Below, in pieces: positions 19,243 to 33,319 of a stretch of 64,000 nt of DNA. The stretch covers positions 3,340 through 67,339 of the forward strand of contig JACPQR010000213.1 in the NCBI GenBank assembly GCA_016190375.1, given 5' to 3'. The notes beneath the pieces were generated by a model. The model did no database searches. It saw only the letters and a program-made list of their open reading frames with translations, and was not told the origin of the DNA. Position numbers and translations under genes: made by a program. Every line of letters begins with the position of its first letter. Position 1 is the first letter of the stretch. The stretch comes from Deltaproteobacteria bacterium. GTDB taxonomy: Bacteria > Myxococcota_A > Polyangia > JACPQR01.

Positions 19243-19718
19243 TCGCCTCGCACCCAGGCCCCGGACTTGCCACCACGCTTGGAGACGAGGGCCAGCGAAT
19301 CGATGGTGACGCTCCTCTCGATCGCCTTGACCATGTCGTAGACGGTGAGGGCCGCCACCGAGGCGGCGACGAGCGCTTCCATCTCGACGCCGGTCCGGTC
19401 CGTGGCGCGAGCGACGGTCTCGATCCCGAGCACGCCGGTCTCGGGCGAGGGCTCGAACCTCACCTCGCAGGAGGACAGCGCGATCGCGTGACACAGGGGA
19501 ATCAGCTCGGGCGTTCGCTTGGCCGCCTGGATGCCCGCGATCCGCGCCACCGCGAGGACGTCGCCTTTCGGGACCTCTCCCGAGGTGATGGCACCGAGCG
19601 TCGCGGGCGTCATCCGCACGAGGACGCGGGCCCGCGCCTCGCGCGCCGTCACGGCCTTCGAGGCGACGTCGACCATCCGGGCCTCGCCGCGGGCGTTCGT
19701 GTGGGTCAGTCTGGCCAT
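19224..19718 (-). CDS. moaC: Cyclic pyranopterin monophosphate synthase
   Basis: GEARMVDV, LIPLCH, TGVEMEAL, YDMVKA, KRGGKSG. Confidence 0.97.
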   Translation of the reverse strand: MARLTHTNARGEARMVDVASKAVTAREARARVLVRMTPATLGAITSGEVPKGDVLAVARIAGIQAAKRTPELIPLCHAIALSSCEVRFEPSPETGVLGIETVARATDRTGVEMEALVAASVAALTVYDMVKAIERSVTIDSLALVSKRGGKSGAWVRGDQTRRR

Positions 19719-19747
19719 CGAACGGACCATATGCTAGACGCCTGGCC

Positions 19748-20674
19748 ATGCGGAAGATCGTGATCATCGGTGCGGGTCCGGCCGGGCTCACGGCCGCGAT
19801 CTACGCGGCGCGGGCGAACATGGCCCCCCTGTGCATCGAGGGCGTCGCGGCAGGCGGCCAGCTCATGACCACGAGCGACATCGAGAACTACCCGGGCTTC
19901 CCCAGGCCGGTGACCGGGCCCGAGCTGATGCAGCTCTTCCGCGACCAGGCCTCGCGCTTCGGGACCGAGTTCATCACGGACGACGTGACGCGGGTCGATT
20001 TCACGCACTGGCCGTTCAAGGTGTGGATCGAGGATCGCTCGATCGACGCCGCGACCATCGTGATCTCGACCGGCGCCAGCGCCCGCTGGCTGGGAATAGA
20101 GTCCGAGCAGGCCTTGCGCTCGCACGGGGTCAGCGCCTGCGCCACCTGCGACGGCTTCTTCTTCCGCGGGCAGGACGTCGCGGTCGTGGGCGGAGGCGAC
20201 ACGGCGATGGAGGAGGCGCTGTACCTGTCGAAGCTCTGTTCGACGGTGACGGTGATCCACCGCCGCGACAAGCTCCGCGCGTCGAAGATCATGCAGGAAC
20301 GGGCGGCCGGAACGCCGAACATGAAGTTCGTGTGGAACAGCAAGGTGCTGCAGGTCGAGGACGTCGACCAGAAGACCGTCACCGGTGTCGTGGTCGAGGA
20401 CGTCGCCACCGGCGAGAAGAAGACCGTCGCGGTCCAGGGCCTCTTCGTCGCGATCGGTCACGAGCCGAACACGGCGCTGTTCCGCGGCCTTCTGGAGGTG
20501 GACGAGAACGGCTACCTGCGCACGAAGCCTGGGACGACTCAGACCAGCATCGCAGGCGTCTTCGCGTGCGGCGACGTCCAGGATCACGCCTACCGGCAGG
20601 CGGTCACCGCCGCGGGGACGGGCTGCATGGCCGCGCTCGAAGCGGAGCGCTGGCTCGGGGCGAAGGGCGTCTGA
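19748..20674 (+). CDS. trxB: Thioredoxin-disulfide reductase
   Basis: GAGPAG, CATCDG, GGGDTAMEEA, YRQAVTAAG. Confidence 0.98.
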   Translation: MRKIVIIGAGPAGLTAAIYAARANMAPLCIEGVAAGGQLMTTSDIENYPGFPRPVTGPELMQLFRDQASRFGTEFITDDVTRVDFTHWPFKVWIEDRSIDAATIVISTGASARWLGIESEQALRSHGVSACATCDGFFFRGQDVAVVGGGDTAMEEALYLSKLCSTVTVIHRRDKLRASKIMQERAAGTPNMKFVWNSKVLQVEDVDQKTVTGVVVEDVATGEKKTVAVQGLFVAIGHEPNTALFRGLLEVDENGYLRTKPGTTQTSIAGVFACGDVQDHAYRQAVTAAGTGCMAALEAERWLGAKGV

Positions 20675-20677
20675 GCC

Positions 20678-21142
20678 TTGAGCGATCGCGCCAAGGCCCT
20701 CGCCGGCATCAACATCTTCTCCGGGCTCGGCGAGCCGGCCCTGGAGCAGCTCGCGAGCATCGCCAGCGAGGAGGCCCACAAGCTGGGCGGGTTCGTGTTC
20801 CACGAGGGCAGCCCGGGCGATGGGCTCTACCTGATCCTGTCGGGCAAGGTGCGGATCAGCCGCGAGGTCGCGGGGATGGGCGAGGAGGCCCTGGCGATCC
20901 TCCAGGCCGGCGAGACCTTCGGCGAGATGTCGATCATCGACGGATCGCCGCGATCGGCCGACGCCCGCGTCCACGAGAGCTGCATGCTCCTGGTGATCAA
21001 GAAGGCGGACATGGAGGACCTGCTCTTCCTCCACAAGGACCTCGCGTACGAGATCCTCTGGAGCTGGGTGAGGACCCTGTCGAGCCGGCTTCGCGAGACG
21101 AACGACAAGATGACGTTCCTCTCCGTGTCGGGGAAGTTTTGA
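20678..21142 (+). CDS. Stand-alone cyclic nucleotide-binding domain protein
   Basis: FHEGSPGDGLYLILSG, FGEMSIIDGSPRSADA. Confidence 0.92.
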   Translation: MSDRAKALAGINIFSGLGEPALEQLASIASEEAHKLGGFVFHEGSPGDGLYLILSGKVRISREVAGMGEEALAILQAGETFGEMSIIDGSPRSADARVHESCMLLVIKKADMEDLLFLHKDLAYEILWSWVRTLSSRLRETNDKMTFLSVSGKF

Positions 21143-22158
21143 GCTTCGCGCTCGGCCTCGGCCTGACGAACGAGTGCAACCTCTCCTGCCCGCACTGCTA
21201 CCGCGCTCCGGAGCGGCTGGAGCGGCTCGAGCTGGGTGAGGTGCGCCGCGTGTGCGAGGCGGTCCCGCTGCGCTCGGTCAACCTCGGAACGGGCGAGAAC
21301 GGCCTGCACCCCGGCCTCCGCTCGGTCCTCGGATATCTGCGCGACAGGAGCATCCCGACGAGCATCAGCTCGAACGGGCTGACGATCGAGCTCCTCTCCG
21401 ACGAGGAGCTCCGTGCGCTTCGCGAGGTCGAGGTCTCGATCGACTTCCCTGACGAAGAGCGGCAGGACGAGTGGCGCGGACGAGGAAGCTTCGGGACCGC
21501 GCTCGCGGCGCTCGAACGGGTGCGCCGGCTCGGAATCGACGCCTCGATCGTCGCCGTGATGATGCGCGCGAACCACGACCGCCTCGCCCCGATCGCGCAC
21601 CTCGCCGCGCGGTACGGCGCAACCCTTCGCGTCAACGTCTACGTCCCTGTCCGGACCGCGGTCTACGCGCCGACCTACGCCGAGCACTGGGCGGCCTGGC
21701 GGATGCTCCTCGCCGAGACCTCCCTCGTGGCCTGCACCGAGCCGATCCTCGGCGTCGTGCTGGGCCGCCCCGTCTCGACCGGGTGCGGACGATCGACGTT
21801 GCGCGTGACGCCCGCCGGCCGCGTGCTGCCCTGCGTCTACTGGCCCGAGGCCGGGGCCGCAATCGACGTCCTCGAGACGCAGGGCGCCCGCATCCTCGAG
21901 CATCCGGCGTTCCGCGACAGCCACCAGATCCCCCGCGCCTGCACGGGCTGCAACTTCGTCGACGCCTGCCGCGGCGGCTGCGCCAGCAGGCGCCTGCTCG
22001 CCGGCCGCCTCGACCAACCCGACGAGTACTGCCCGGTCGCCCGTGGCGACCACCTCCAGCTCCCCTGCACCCTCGCTCCACCCCGCCAGCCCCTCAAGTC
22101 CTCGAGCGCCTGCACGACCATCCTGACGGGGACACGCACTACCCCCGCAACCCACTGA
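21139..22158 (+). CDS. Radical SAM/SPASM domain protein
   Basis: CNLSCPHC; GCG...PC...CTGCNFVDACRGGC...YCP; TTGA overlap with the previous gene. Confidence 0.92.
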   Translation: MSFALGLGLTNECNLSCPHCYRAPERLERLELGEVRRVCEAVPLRSVNLGTGENGLHPGLRSVLGYLRDRSIPTSISSNGLTIELLSDEELRALREVEVSIDFPDEERQDEWRGRGSFGTALAALERVRRLGIDASIVAVMMRANHDRLAPIAHLAARYGATLRVNVYVPVRTAVYAPTYAEHWAAWRMLLAETSLVACTEPILGVVLGRPVSTGCGRSTLRVTPAGRVLPCVYWPEAGAAIDVLETQGARILEHPAFRDSHQIPRACTGCNFVDACRGGCASRRLLAGRLDQPDEYCPVARGDHLQLPCTLAPPRQPLKSSSACTTILTGTRTTPATH

Positions 22159-22249
22159 GATCACGTTCGATTCAAGGCATACCGCGCGTTTCGTGAAGGC
22201 CGCCGCGGAATCGCCGACACGGGCCGCTCGTTCCATGCTCATACCCCGC

Positions 22250-23197
22250 ATGTCGCCGATGGCTCGATTCAAGAACGTCTTCGATTCCCCGCCGGTCCCC
22301 GGCGTCAAGCAGCTCCTGAAGTGGACCGTGGTCGATTCGGTCAGCGGGCGGAGGAGACGGGCTCCGCGAAGGGCGCCCGTGCCCGTCGTCGCCAACGACG
22401 GACGTCGCCTCCGCGAGGCAGTGGGCCTCGAGGCAGCGACGTGGGTCGGCCACGCGACGTTCCTGATCCAGACCGGCGGGCTCGCGATCCTGACGGACCC
22501 CATCTTCTCGACTCGCATCGCGACCATTCGGCGGAACGTGCCGCCTGGTCTGCGCATCGAGGACCTTCCGGCGATCGACGTGATCTTGATCTCGCACAAC
22601 CATCGCGATCACCTCGATCTCCCCACGCTGCGCCGCCTCGGCCCACGGCCCCTCGCGCTCGTGCCCTCCGGCGTTGGCCGCACGATGCGCAGGGCCGGGC
22701 TCGAGCGCGTCATCGAGCTCGAGTGGTGGCAGTCCCACGACGTCGCCGACGTTCGATTCACGTTCGTCCCGTCACATCACTGGTCGGGGCGAAGCATCGC
22801 CGATCGCAACGCCTCGCTCTGGGGCGGATGGGGGATCCTCTCGCCGCGTCGCCGGCTCTACTTCGCCGGCGACACCGGCTACTTCCCTGGGTTCCGCGAG
22901 ATCGGCGAGCGCCTCGGCCCGCTCGACGCCGCGCTCCTACCGGTCGGATCGTACGACCCGCGCTGGTTCATGCGAGCGCAGCACATGGATCCGTCCGATG
23001 CCGTACGGGCCTTCGTCGACCTCGGCGCCGACCGGCTGATCGCGATGCACTGGGGGACCTTCAAGCTCACCGACGAGCCGCTCGACGAGCCCCCTCGGCT
23101 CCTCGACGAGGAGCGCCGGCGCGCAAACCTCGATCCCCGTCACATCGTGGTCCCCGCGATTGGACAGACCATCGAGCTCGGAGCTCCTGCGGGCTGA
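22250..23197 (+). CDS. MBL-fold metallohydrolase (RomA/NAPE-PLD-like)
   Basis: TWVGHAT, SHNHRDHLD, FAGDTGY, MHWGTF. Confidence 0.92.
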   Translation: MSPMARFKNVFDSPPVPGVKQLLKWTVVDSVSGRRRRAPRRAPVPVVANDGRRLREAVGLEAATWVGHATFLIQTGGLAILTDPIFSTRIATIRRNVPPGLRIEDLPAIDVILISHNHRDHLDLPTLRRLGPRPLALVPSGVGRTMRRAGLERVIELEWWQSHDVADVRFTFVPSHHWSGRSIADRNASLWGGWGILSPRRRLYFAGDTGYFPGFREIGERLGPLDAALLPVGSYDPRWFMRAQHMDPSDAVRAFVDLGADRLIAMHWGTFKLTDEPLDEPPRLLDEERRRANLDPRHIVVPAIGQTIELGAPAG

Positions 23198-23266
23198 ACC
23201 CCACAAGCGGAACCGCGCCGGCTCCCACGGGGCCGTCCATTCGCCGAGGATCCTGGCGAACGACCG

Positions 23267-23282
23267 CGGCACGTGGCTTGCT
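23267..23282 (+). promoter_or_regulatory. sigma54 -24/-12 promoter
   Basis: CGGCACGTGGCTTGCT (GG-N10-GC) 21 nt upstream of the PilZ gene; palindrome TTCGCC..GGCGAA at 23240-23260. Confidence 0.7.
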
Positions 23283-23303
23283 CGAACCTCGGTCGAGGTT
23301 CCG

Positions 23304-23837
23304 ATGCGTCCCTCGAGCCACCAGGACGACGTGACCAGGCGCGCCAGGGAATCACCTCCTGCCCGTCCGCCCTCGCTCATCCGTGCGCGAGCCCTCGCGG
23401 CCGTTCTGGAGAGGATCTGCCGCTTCCTTGCCGTCACGGAAGACAAGTGCGCCCTGCACGAGGCCGCGCGGCGCGCCGAGGCCCGACGGCTCGACCTGGC
23501 CAGCCCCACGCCGGAGGTGCGCGAGTTCGCGCGGATCGAGGCGCGCGGTCTGGCGGAGTTCGCCCCTTCGAGGCCGAGGACGAGGGCCGGCCGGTCCCGC
23601 GGGCGTGCGGAGCCCGAGTCCTTCCGCGTCGGGCGCCTCGTGGACGTGGGTGCCGGCGGTCTCGGTATCTCGACGGTGCACCCGCTCGAGGCCGGTGCCT
23701 CGACCCGCGTGCGCGTGACGGAGCCCTCGACGGGCCGCGTCTACGCCTTCGGATGCGTCGTGGTCTGGAGCCGGACGGGCGACGAGTCCGCCATGGGCGT
23801 GCGCTTCGTGGGTCCGGCCGCGCTACTCGAAGACTGA
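23304..23837 (+). CDS. PilZ domain protein
   Basis: RRAEARR (RxxxR), DVGAGG, VVWSR...MGVRF. Confidence 0.8.
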   Translation: MRPSSHQDDVTRRARESPPARPPSLIRARALAAVLERICRFLAVTEDKCALHEAARRAEARRLDLASPTPEVREFARIEARGLAEFAPSRPRTRAGRSRGRAEPESFRVGRLVDVGAGGLGISTVHPLEAGASTRVRVTEPSTGRVYAFGCVVVWSRTGDESAMGVRFVGPAALLED

Positions 23838-23845
23838 GGTAGCGA

Positions 23846-24376
23846 CTACTCGCTGACCTCGCAGGCATCGAGCGACAGGCTCGCCGACAGCCCGACCGTT
23901 CCGGCCGACGCCGAACCGTCCTGGACGGCCAGGCCCTGACAGTCGAGACCGATGTCGACCGACCCGGCGTACTCGTCGTACCCGCCGAAGACGACCGTAC
24001 AGCTCCCCGCCAGATCCTCGAAGGCCGCCCCGGACGCCTCCGCCGACACGGTGGCCGTCCCCGGCTCGACCGCCGGCTCGATGGGCGAGACGATCCCGAA
24101 CGCCTCGAGCCCGAACGGATCCGGCTCGGTCCGCTCGATCCAGAGCGAGAGGGTGTCGCCCTCGGGCGCACGCTGGATCTTGCACGCCCCGGTGAACGGT
24201 CCCGCGTCGAGGAGAGTGTCCTCGGGAAACACGAAGCCGGTCTGACCGGTCTGGGCCCCGTCCGAGCGAGTCATGTTGACGGTGCCCGACAGGATCGTCC
24301 CGTCGTGCTCGGCCGTGCACGCCACCATTCGCAACGCCGCGACCGCGACCAGGAGGAGATGCTGGAGCTTCTGCAT
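23846..24376 (-). CDS. Hypothetical lipoprotein
   Basis: MQKLQHLLLVAVAALRMVAC lipobox-like signal; acidic, beta-rich. Confidence 0.65.
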   Translation of the reverse strand: MQKLQHLLLVAVAALRMVACTAEHDGTILSGTVNMTRSDGAQTGQTGFVFPEDTLLDAGPFTGACKIQRAPEGDTLSLWIERTEPDPFGLEAFGIVSPIEPAVEPGTATVSAEASGAAFEDLAGSCTVVFGGYDEYAGSVDIGLDCQGLAVQDGSASAGTVGLSASLSLDACEVSE

Positions 24377-24388
24377 TACCCTCGTAGG

Positions 24389-24404
24389 AGCAACCGCCGT
24401 GCCC
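24389..24404 (-). promoter_or_regulatory. sigma54 -24/-12 promoter
   Basis: Minus strand GGGCACGGCGGTTGCT directly upstream of ATG 24376. Confidence 0.65.
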
Positions 24405-24466
24405 GCGTTTTCCACGAGTTTCCCGCCTCCCGCACGCTGACGGCCGTTCACGCCGTCAAGCATGGT

Positions 24467-25258
24467 TCACAGATCGGGGATCATCCAGTTGTCCCCCCAG
24501 AGGCTCGCGCCGCCGTCGATGTAGAAGGTGATCCCGGTCACGAAGTCGGCGGCACTGGAGCCCAGGAAGCAGATCGCGTGCGCGACCTCGTCCACGGTCC
24601 CTATCCGCTTCAGCGGCGTCCTGCGGCGACCCGCCTCGATCAGCTCGGGCGGGTACTTGTCCGTGCCGCTCGACTTGATGACACCCGGGGCTATCGCCAC
24701 CGCGCGGATGCCGAACTGCGCCCATTCCACCGCGAGGGTCCGCGTCATGTTCTCGACGCCGGCGCGCGCTGCACCGGTGTGCACCATCCCCGGGAAGCCG
24801 CGCGCGATGTTGGCGATCACGTTGACGATCCGCCCTCGCCTCACGGGGATCATCGCCCGCGTCGCCACCGCCTGGGTCACGTACCAGGTGCCGGACAAGT
24901 TGTTCCGGATGACGGCATCCCATCCCTTGGGCTTTAGCGACTCGGCCGTCGTCGGGAATTGCCCGCCCGCATTGTTCACGAGGAGGTCCACGCGACCGAA
25001 GCGCGACAGGCTCTCGCCCACGAGCGCTTCGACCTGTTCGACCTCGCGGATGTCACAGACCACCGCGAGGCACTCCGCCCCCGTCTCGCGGATCCGGCCG
25101 GCCGCCTCCTCGAGGACCTCCGCACGACGACCGGCGATCACGACACGAGCCCCGAGCGACCCGAGCTCGAGCGCCGTGCCGAGGCCGATGCCCGTTCCTC
25201 CTCCCGTGACGATCGCCACCTCGCCCGCGAACAGCCCGGCCTTGAAGGGAGACTCCAC
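24467..25258 (-). CDS. SDR oxidoreductase (trans-2-enoyl/2,4-dienoyl-CoA reductase-like)
   Basis: TGGGTGIG, NNAGGQF, HTGAARAGV, IDGG. Confidence 0.9.
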   Translation of the reverse strand: MESPFKAGLFAGEVAIVTGGGTGIGLGTALELGSLGARVVIAGRRAEVLEEAAGRIRETGAECLAVVCDIREVEQVEALVGESLSRFGRVDLLVNNAGGQFPTTAESLKPKGWDAVIRNNLSGTWYVTQAVATRAMIPVRRGRIVNVIANIARGFPGMVHTGAARAGVENMTRTLAVEWAQFGIRAVAIAPGVIKSSGTDKYPPELIEAGRRRTPLKRIGTVDEVAHAICFLGSSAADFVTGITFYIDGGASLWGDNWMIPDL

Positions 25259-25292
25259 GAGACCGCGACTGTAGCACGCCGATCCCAACCGA

Positions 25293-27887
<2,595 letters not shown>

Positions 27888-27893
27888 GCCCGG

Positions 27894-27921
27894 AAGCTAA
27901 TCACACATGGCCCTCCGTCAA
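27894..27921 (-). promoter_or_regulatory. Putative promoter for a leaderless clpB transcript
   Basis: TTGACG-N16-TAGCTT, then 6 nt to the ATG; no SD. Confidence 0.45.
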
Positions 27922-28775
27922 CGGCAGCGGAATCGTGCGAGGAGGGCGGCCCCGAACACGAGGGCCAGGAGCCCGATTCCGCCGACCCTGCCCGAGCGGG
28001 GGACCGGGGCGGCCCCGCACCCTCCGTCGAGGACGGTCTCCGGACAGACCCTCTGATCCCAGTCGTTGACCATCGTGCACTCGCCCGCCGTGTACGTCTC
28101 GCAGAGGATCTCCACGTCGTCCTGCGCCAGCTCCCTCCGGGTCGCCGCGTCGCCCCAGCTCGCGTAGGGCCACATCACGGCCGACTCGATCTGGGTGTGG
28201 TTGAAGCCGATCATGTGGCCGACCTCGTGAGTCAGGACGCTCTGAAGGTCGAAGGCCATGGAGCCAGGGATCGGATCGAGGACGAACTCGTGGTCGGCGC
28301 CGTTCAGGTCGATGTCCGCGTCGAGGATCTCGCCCGCGGCGCGGCGCGTGACGACCGTCGTGCAGGCGATGGCGTCCTGGCATTCGGTCCCGTCCCAGTC
28401 CTCGTAGCGGAAGATGATCGAGTTCTTCCCGTTGATGTCCTCGGAGGTCATGTTCGAGCCGCGGTCGGCGGTGAACCCCGCGAAGTAGAACTGCATGTCG
28501 GTGCAGGGCTGCGAAGCCCAGGCGGAGAAGGACCGCCCGGCGGCATCCCGGATGCTCTCGCCGTCCAGGAGCGCGCCGGGCCCGACGTTCAGCCCCGACG
28601 AACCGGTCGTCTGGATGTTGTAATAGACGAATCTGTTCGGCCAGTAGTACCAGAGGCTCTGGTGAACCTCGCTGCGCAGGTGCTCCCCCGCGAGTACCGG
28701 CGGCGCCACGACGGTGAGGACCGCCGTCACCAGCGGCAGGGCGACCGCCACGCCTTTCAGGTGTTCCCGGAACAT
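27918..28775 (-). CDS. Matrixin family (M10) metalloprotease with MYXO-CTERM tail
   Basis: HEVGHMIGFNH, Met-turn SAVMWP, GGCG...hydrophobic helix...basic end. Confidence 0.9.
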   Translation of the reverse strand: MFREHLKGVAVALPLVTAVLTVVAPPVLAGEHLRSEVHQSLWYYWPNRFVYYNIQTTGSSGLNVGPGALLDGESIRDAAGRSFSAWASQPCTDMQFYFAGFTADRGSNMTSEDINGKNSIIFRYEDWDGTECQDAIACTTVVTRRAAGEILDADIDLNGADHEFVLDPIPGSMAFDLQSVLTHEVGHMIGFNHTQIESAVMWPYASWGDAATRRELAQDDVEILCETYTAGECTMVNDWDQRVCPETVLDGGCGAAPVPRSGRVGGIGLLALVFGAALLARFRCR

Positions 28776-28790
28776 CGCGAACAGCGTATC

Positions 28791-28806
28791 AGCAAGTGCC
28801 GTACCG
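28791..28806 (-). promoter_or_regulatory. sigma54 -24/-12 promoter
   Basis: Minus strand CGGTACGGCACTTGCT upstream of the matrixin gene. Confidence 0.65.
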
Positions 28807-28883
28807 GCGTAGGGCCCCCCCGTGGCCGGCGTCCGGCTACCGACAATCGGGACGGCCGGTACCCTGGCCGGCTCGGGCGCCTG

Positions 28884-29327
28884 TCAGAACTGACACTTGC
28901 CAGCCGTGTACTGGCAGGCGACGTCGCAGTCCTCGGCCCAGCGGTCCGGCGCGGACATGCAAACGCAGACCGCGCGGAGCCCGTCGACCGGCACGGGCTC
29001 CAGGGTGGAGCCGATGAGGATCCGGCTGTCGTCGTCGATGGCGCCCGGGGGCTCGCTGAACCCCTCGGCCAGCACCTGGAGGTCCGCCCCGGACTCGACG
29101 ACGTCGGTGGTCACGAAGCCGTCGACCTCGTCGACCTCGACGGACTGCGACACCACCGTTCCGTCCTCGACCTGCGAGTACGTCATTCGCAGGCTCCGCA
29201 CTCCGGCGAGGAACCCCGTCTCGTTGGCGATCGGAGGCGCGGGACACAGCGCGACCTGGAACGTGTCGCCCGAGCAACCGGCGAGAGCGACGAGGACCGC
29301 GAGCCTCGTCAAGGCTGCCGCTCCCAT
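28884..29327 (-). CDS. Hypothetical Cys-rich lipoprotein
   Basis: LVALAGC lipobox; C-terminal Cys cluster; overlaps the upstream gene. Confidence 0.7.
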   Translation of the reverse strand: MGAAALTRLAVLVALAGCSGDTFQVALCPAPPIANETGFLAGVRSLRMTYSQVEDGTVVSQSVEVDEVDGFVTTDVVESGADLQVLAEGFSEPPGAIDDDSRILIGSTLEPVPVDGLRAVCVCMSAPDRWAEDCDVACQYTAGKCQF

Positions 29328-30235
29328 ACCGCGACGACCTCGGCGTCGTCCCTGGGCGCCGGCAGCGCGAAGAAGAGCGCCACACCGCCGGCGATCGCCG
29401 CGGCACCGAGCACGGGCCCGAGCCAGAGCCACGTGCTCGTGCCGCCGCCACCGGGCGTACGGCCGCCACCGGGATCGCTCGCCCCCCGCGGCGCCTGGCG
29501 CGCGAGCCCGAGCGCCGTCAGCCGTTCCTGGAGCCGCGCGTCGAACCGGGCGCCACGCTCGACGACGGCACGAAGCGTGGCCTGACCGTCGGAGGAGCTC
29601 AGTATGAAGACCTCGACGCGGCCGGACGCGACCGCCCGCGCGATCACTAGAGTGTCGACGCCCAGCGCCTCGCCGAGGGCCCTCGTTCGCCCGACGGGCA
29701 GCGGCGGCAGGGGCGAGTCGGGCGGAGGGCGGACCTCGTCGGCGAGGCTCACGATCGCCGGTGGATGAACCTGCGGGTCGCATGCGAGCCGCGGATCCAG
29801 ACGGGCCCCGAGCGCCAGCGCCTCGCCCGCACCGTCGCGATCCTCGATCGTCAGCCGGACGGTGGCGAGGTCGAAGGCCAGCCGCACGGGCACCGCGAGG
29901 TCGTCGAGCCATGGCAACGCGTCGTAGGCGGCCGCGAGCGCGACGGCCACGGCGCTCTCGGCCCGCTCGAGCTCCGTGAACGACTCCATCTGCGCCCGTG
30001 CCTCGCCCGCCGCGCGCTCGAACGCCGCGAGCGCCTCGGCCCGCGGCATGAGGCCCTCCAGGCGCTCGAGCGACGATCGCGCGTTGGTCTGCGCGAGCGA
30101 GGGCAACAGCTCGAGCGCGGCCGCGCGATTGCCGCCAGGCCCGGCGATCGTCACGACGGCCGCCGACTGGGCGGCCGCGAGGCGAGTCGCGCACACGAGC
30201 GCCAGGACGAGGCCAGTCCGCACGCGCCCGAGCAT
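29309..30235 (-). CDS. Secreted helical hypothetical protein with C-terminal TM
   Basis: Signal peptide, helical core, WLWLGPVLGAAAIAGGVALFF anchor. Confidence 0.7.
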   Translation of the reverse strand: MLGRVRTGLVLALVCATRLAAAQSAAVVTIAGPGGNRAAALELLPSLAQTNARSSLERLEGLMPRAEALAAFERAAGEARAQMESFTELERAESAVAVALAAAYDALPWLDDLAVPVRLAFDLATVRLTIEDRDGAGEALALGARLDPRLACDPQVHPPAIVSLADEVRPPPDSPLPPLPVGRTRALGEALGVDTLVIARAVASGRVEVFILSSSDGQATLRAVVERGARFDARLQERLTALGLARQAPRGASDPGGGRTPGGGGTSTWLWLGPVLGAAAIAGGVALFFALPAPRDDAEVVAVWERQP

Positions 30236-30251
30236 AGCAAACTGCTACACT

Positions 30252-31960
30252 GTGAGCCTCGCTGTGCCCTCCTCACGGGAGTCACAGGGGCGCTTCCAGG
30301 TGCTCCACCGGATCGCGTCCGGCGGAATGGCCGAGGTGTTCCTCTCGCGCTTCGTCGGGCCCCAGGGCTTCGAGCGGCTGGTGGCGCTCAAGAAGGTCCG
30401 TGCGCGATTCACCGAGGACCCGAGGTTCGTCGAGCGGCTGGTGTCCGAGGCGAGGATCATGGTCCGGCTGTCCCACGGGAACATCTGCCAGGTCCTCGAT
30501 TTCGGGATCATGGACGGGCAGTACTTCCTCGCGATGGAGCACGTCGCGGGCTGCGACCTGGGCATGCTCATGCACGGCCTCGCCCGGCTGGACGAGGCCT
30601 TCCCGCCCGTGCTCGCCGCCTACGTCGTCGCCGAGATCTGCCGAGGGCTCGACTACGCCCACCGCCGGACCGACGAGGCCGGCAGGCCCCTCGGGATCGT
30701 CCACCGGGACGTCACGCCCGAGAACGTCCTCATCAGCTACGACGGCGAGGTCAAGCTCACCGACTTCGGGATCTCGCAGGCACGCGGAGTCGAGATGCCC
30801 GCCGAGCGCGAGGGCGTCGTCCTCGGAAAGGCCGCGTACCTCGCGCCGGAGCAGCTCGCGGGCGGAAGGGGCGACGCCCGCACGGACGTCTTCTCCGTCG
30901 GGATCCTCCTCTGGGAGATGCTCGTCGGCCTGCCGCTCTTCCGCCGCTCGACCGACCGCGAGACGATCGAGGCGGTCGGGCGCCTGCAGATCCAGCCGCC
31001 CTCACGGCTGAGGCCGGGGATCCCGCCGGAGCTCGACGCCATCACGCTGCGGGCCCTCGCGCGACGGCCCGGGGATCGGCATCCGGCGGCGGCAGCGCTG
31101 CTGGAGGACCTCTCGCGCTTCGTGGCGCTGCGAGCGCCGGGCATGACCGGCGCGACGCTCGCCGAGCTGGTCGCGCGGCAGATGCCGAGGCGCGGCAACA
31201 CCGACGAGACCCTGGCGACCGCGCAGGTCACCGTCCCCCGCGAGGTCGTCTCGCTCGCCGTCGACCCGACGCCCGCCCCCGAGCCAGGCATGCCGCCGGC
31301 GCTGCCTGCGCTCCCACAGCGGCCGAGCACGGTCCCCTTCGAGGCACCGCTCAGACAGCGCACCGGCCGCGCGCGGGCCGTCGCGGTCGGGGTCGCGACC
31401 TTCGCCGTGGTCGCGGTCGGAATGGCCATCGCGCTCACACGCCAGCCCAGCCGCTCCCTGACGGCGGTGCAGCTCGGCGCCCCCGCGGCGACGTCACCCG
31501 ATGCGGGAGGGACGGCTCATCCGGCCGAGATCGGGCCCGTCGACCCGCCGCGCGCCCAGGATGCCGCTCCTCGTCCGGGCGCGGTGCCCGGCGCACCGCC
31601 GCCCTCCTCGGCGCCGGTCGCTGTCGAGGGCGCCGAGCCGCCAGGCGCCCCGACGAAGGCTCCGGCGAGGGGACCCGACGAGCCGCGGGTGCGTCGAACC
31701 GGCGTCGAGCGCCCCGAACCTCCGCCGGGCCGACCGCCGGCGGCTGGAGGGTTCATCAACGTCAACGCCACTCCCTGGGGCAAGGTCTACGTGGACGGAC
31801 GGATCATGGCGAACGAGACCCCGGCGAGGCTGCCTGTGAGCGCGGGGCCTCATTCGGTGAAGGTCTACTTCGTGACGGCGGCGAGGTACTCTCCCGCCAG
31901 GCAGGTCGTGATAGAGGCTGGTCAGACGAGGGGTATGATGTTCGTGCTCTCGGAGTCGCC

Positions 31961-31964
<4 letters not shown>
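30252..31964 (+). CDS. Ser/Thr protein kinase, TM, PEGA-like C-terminus
   Basis: GGMAEVF, VALKK, HRDVTPEN, DFG, APE; INVNATPWGKVYVDG; start uncertain (30252/30264). Confidence 0.93.
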
Positions 31965-33304
<1,340 letters not shown>

Positions 33305-33319
33305 TCATACTTCCCTGGG

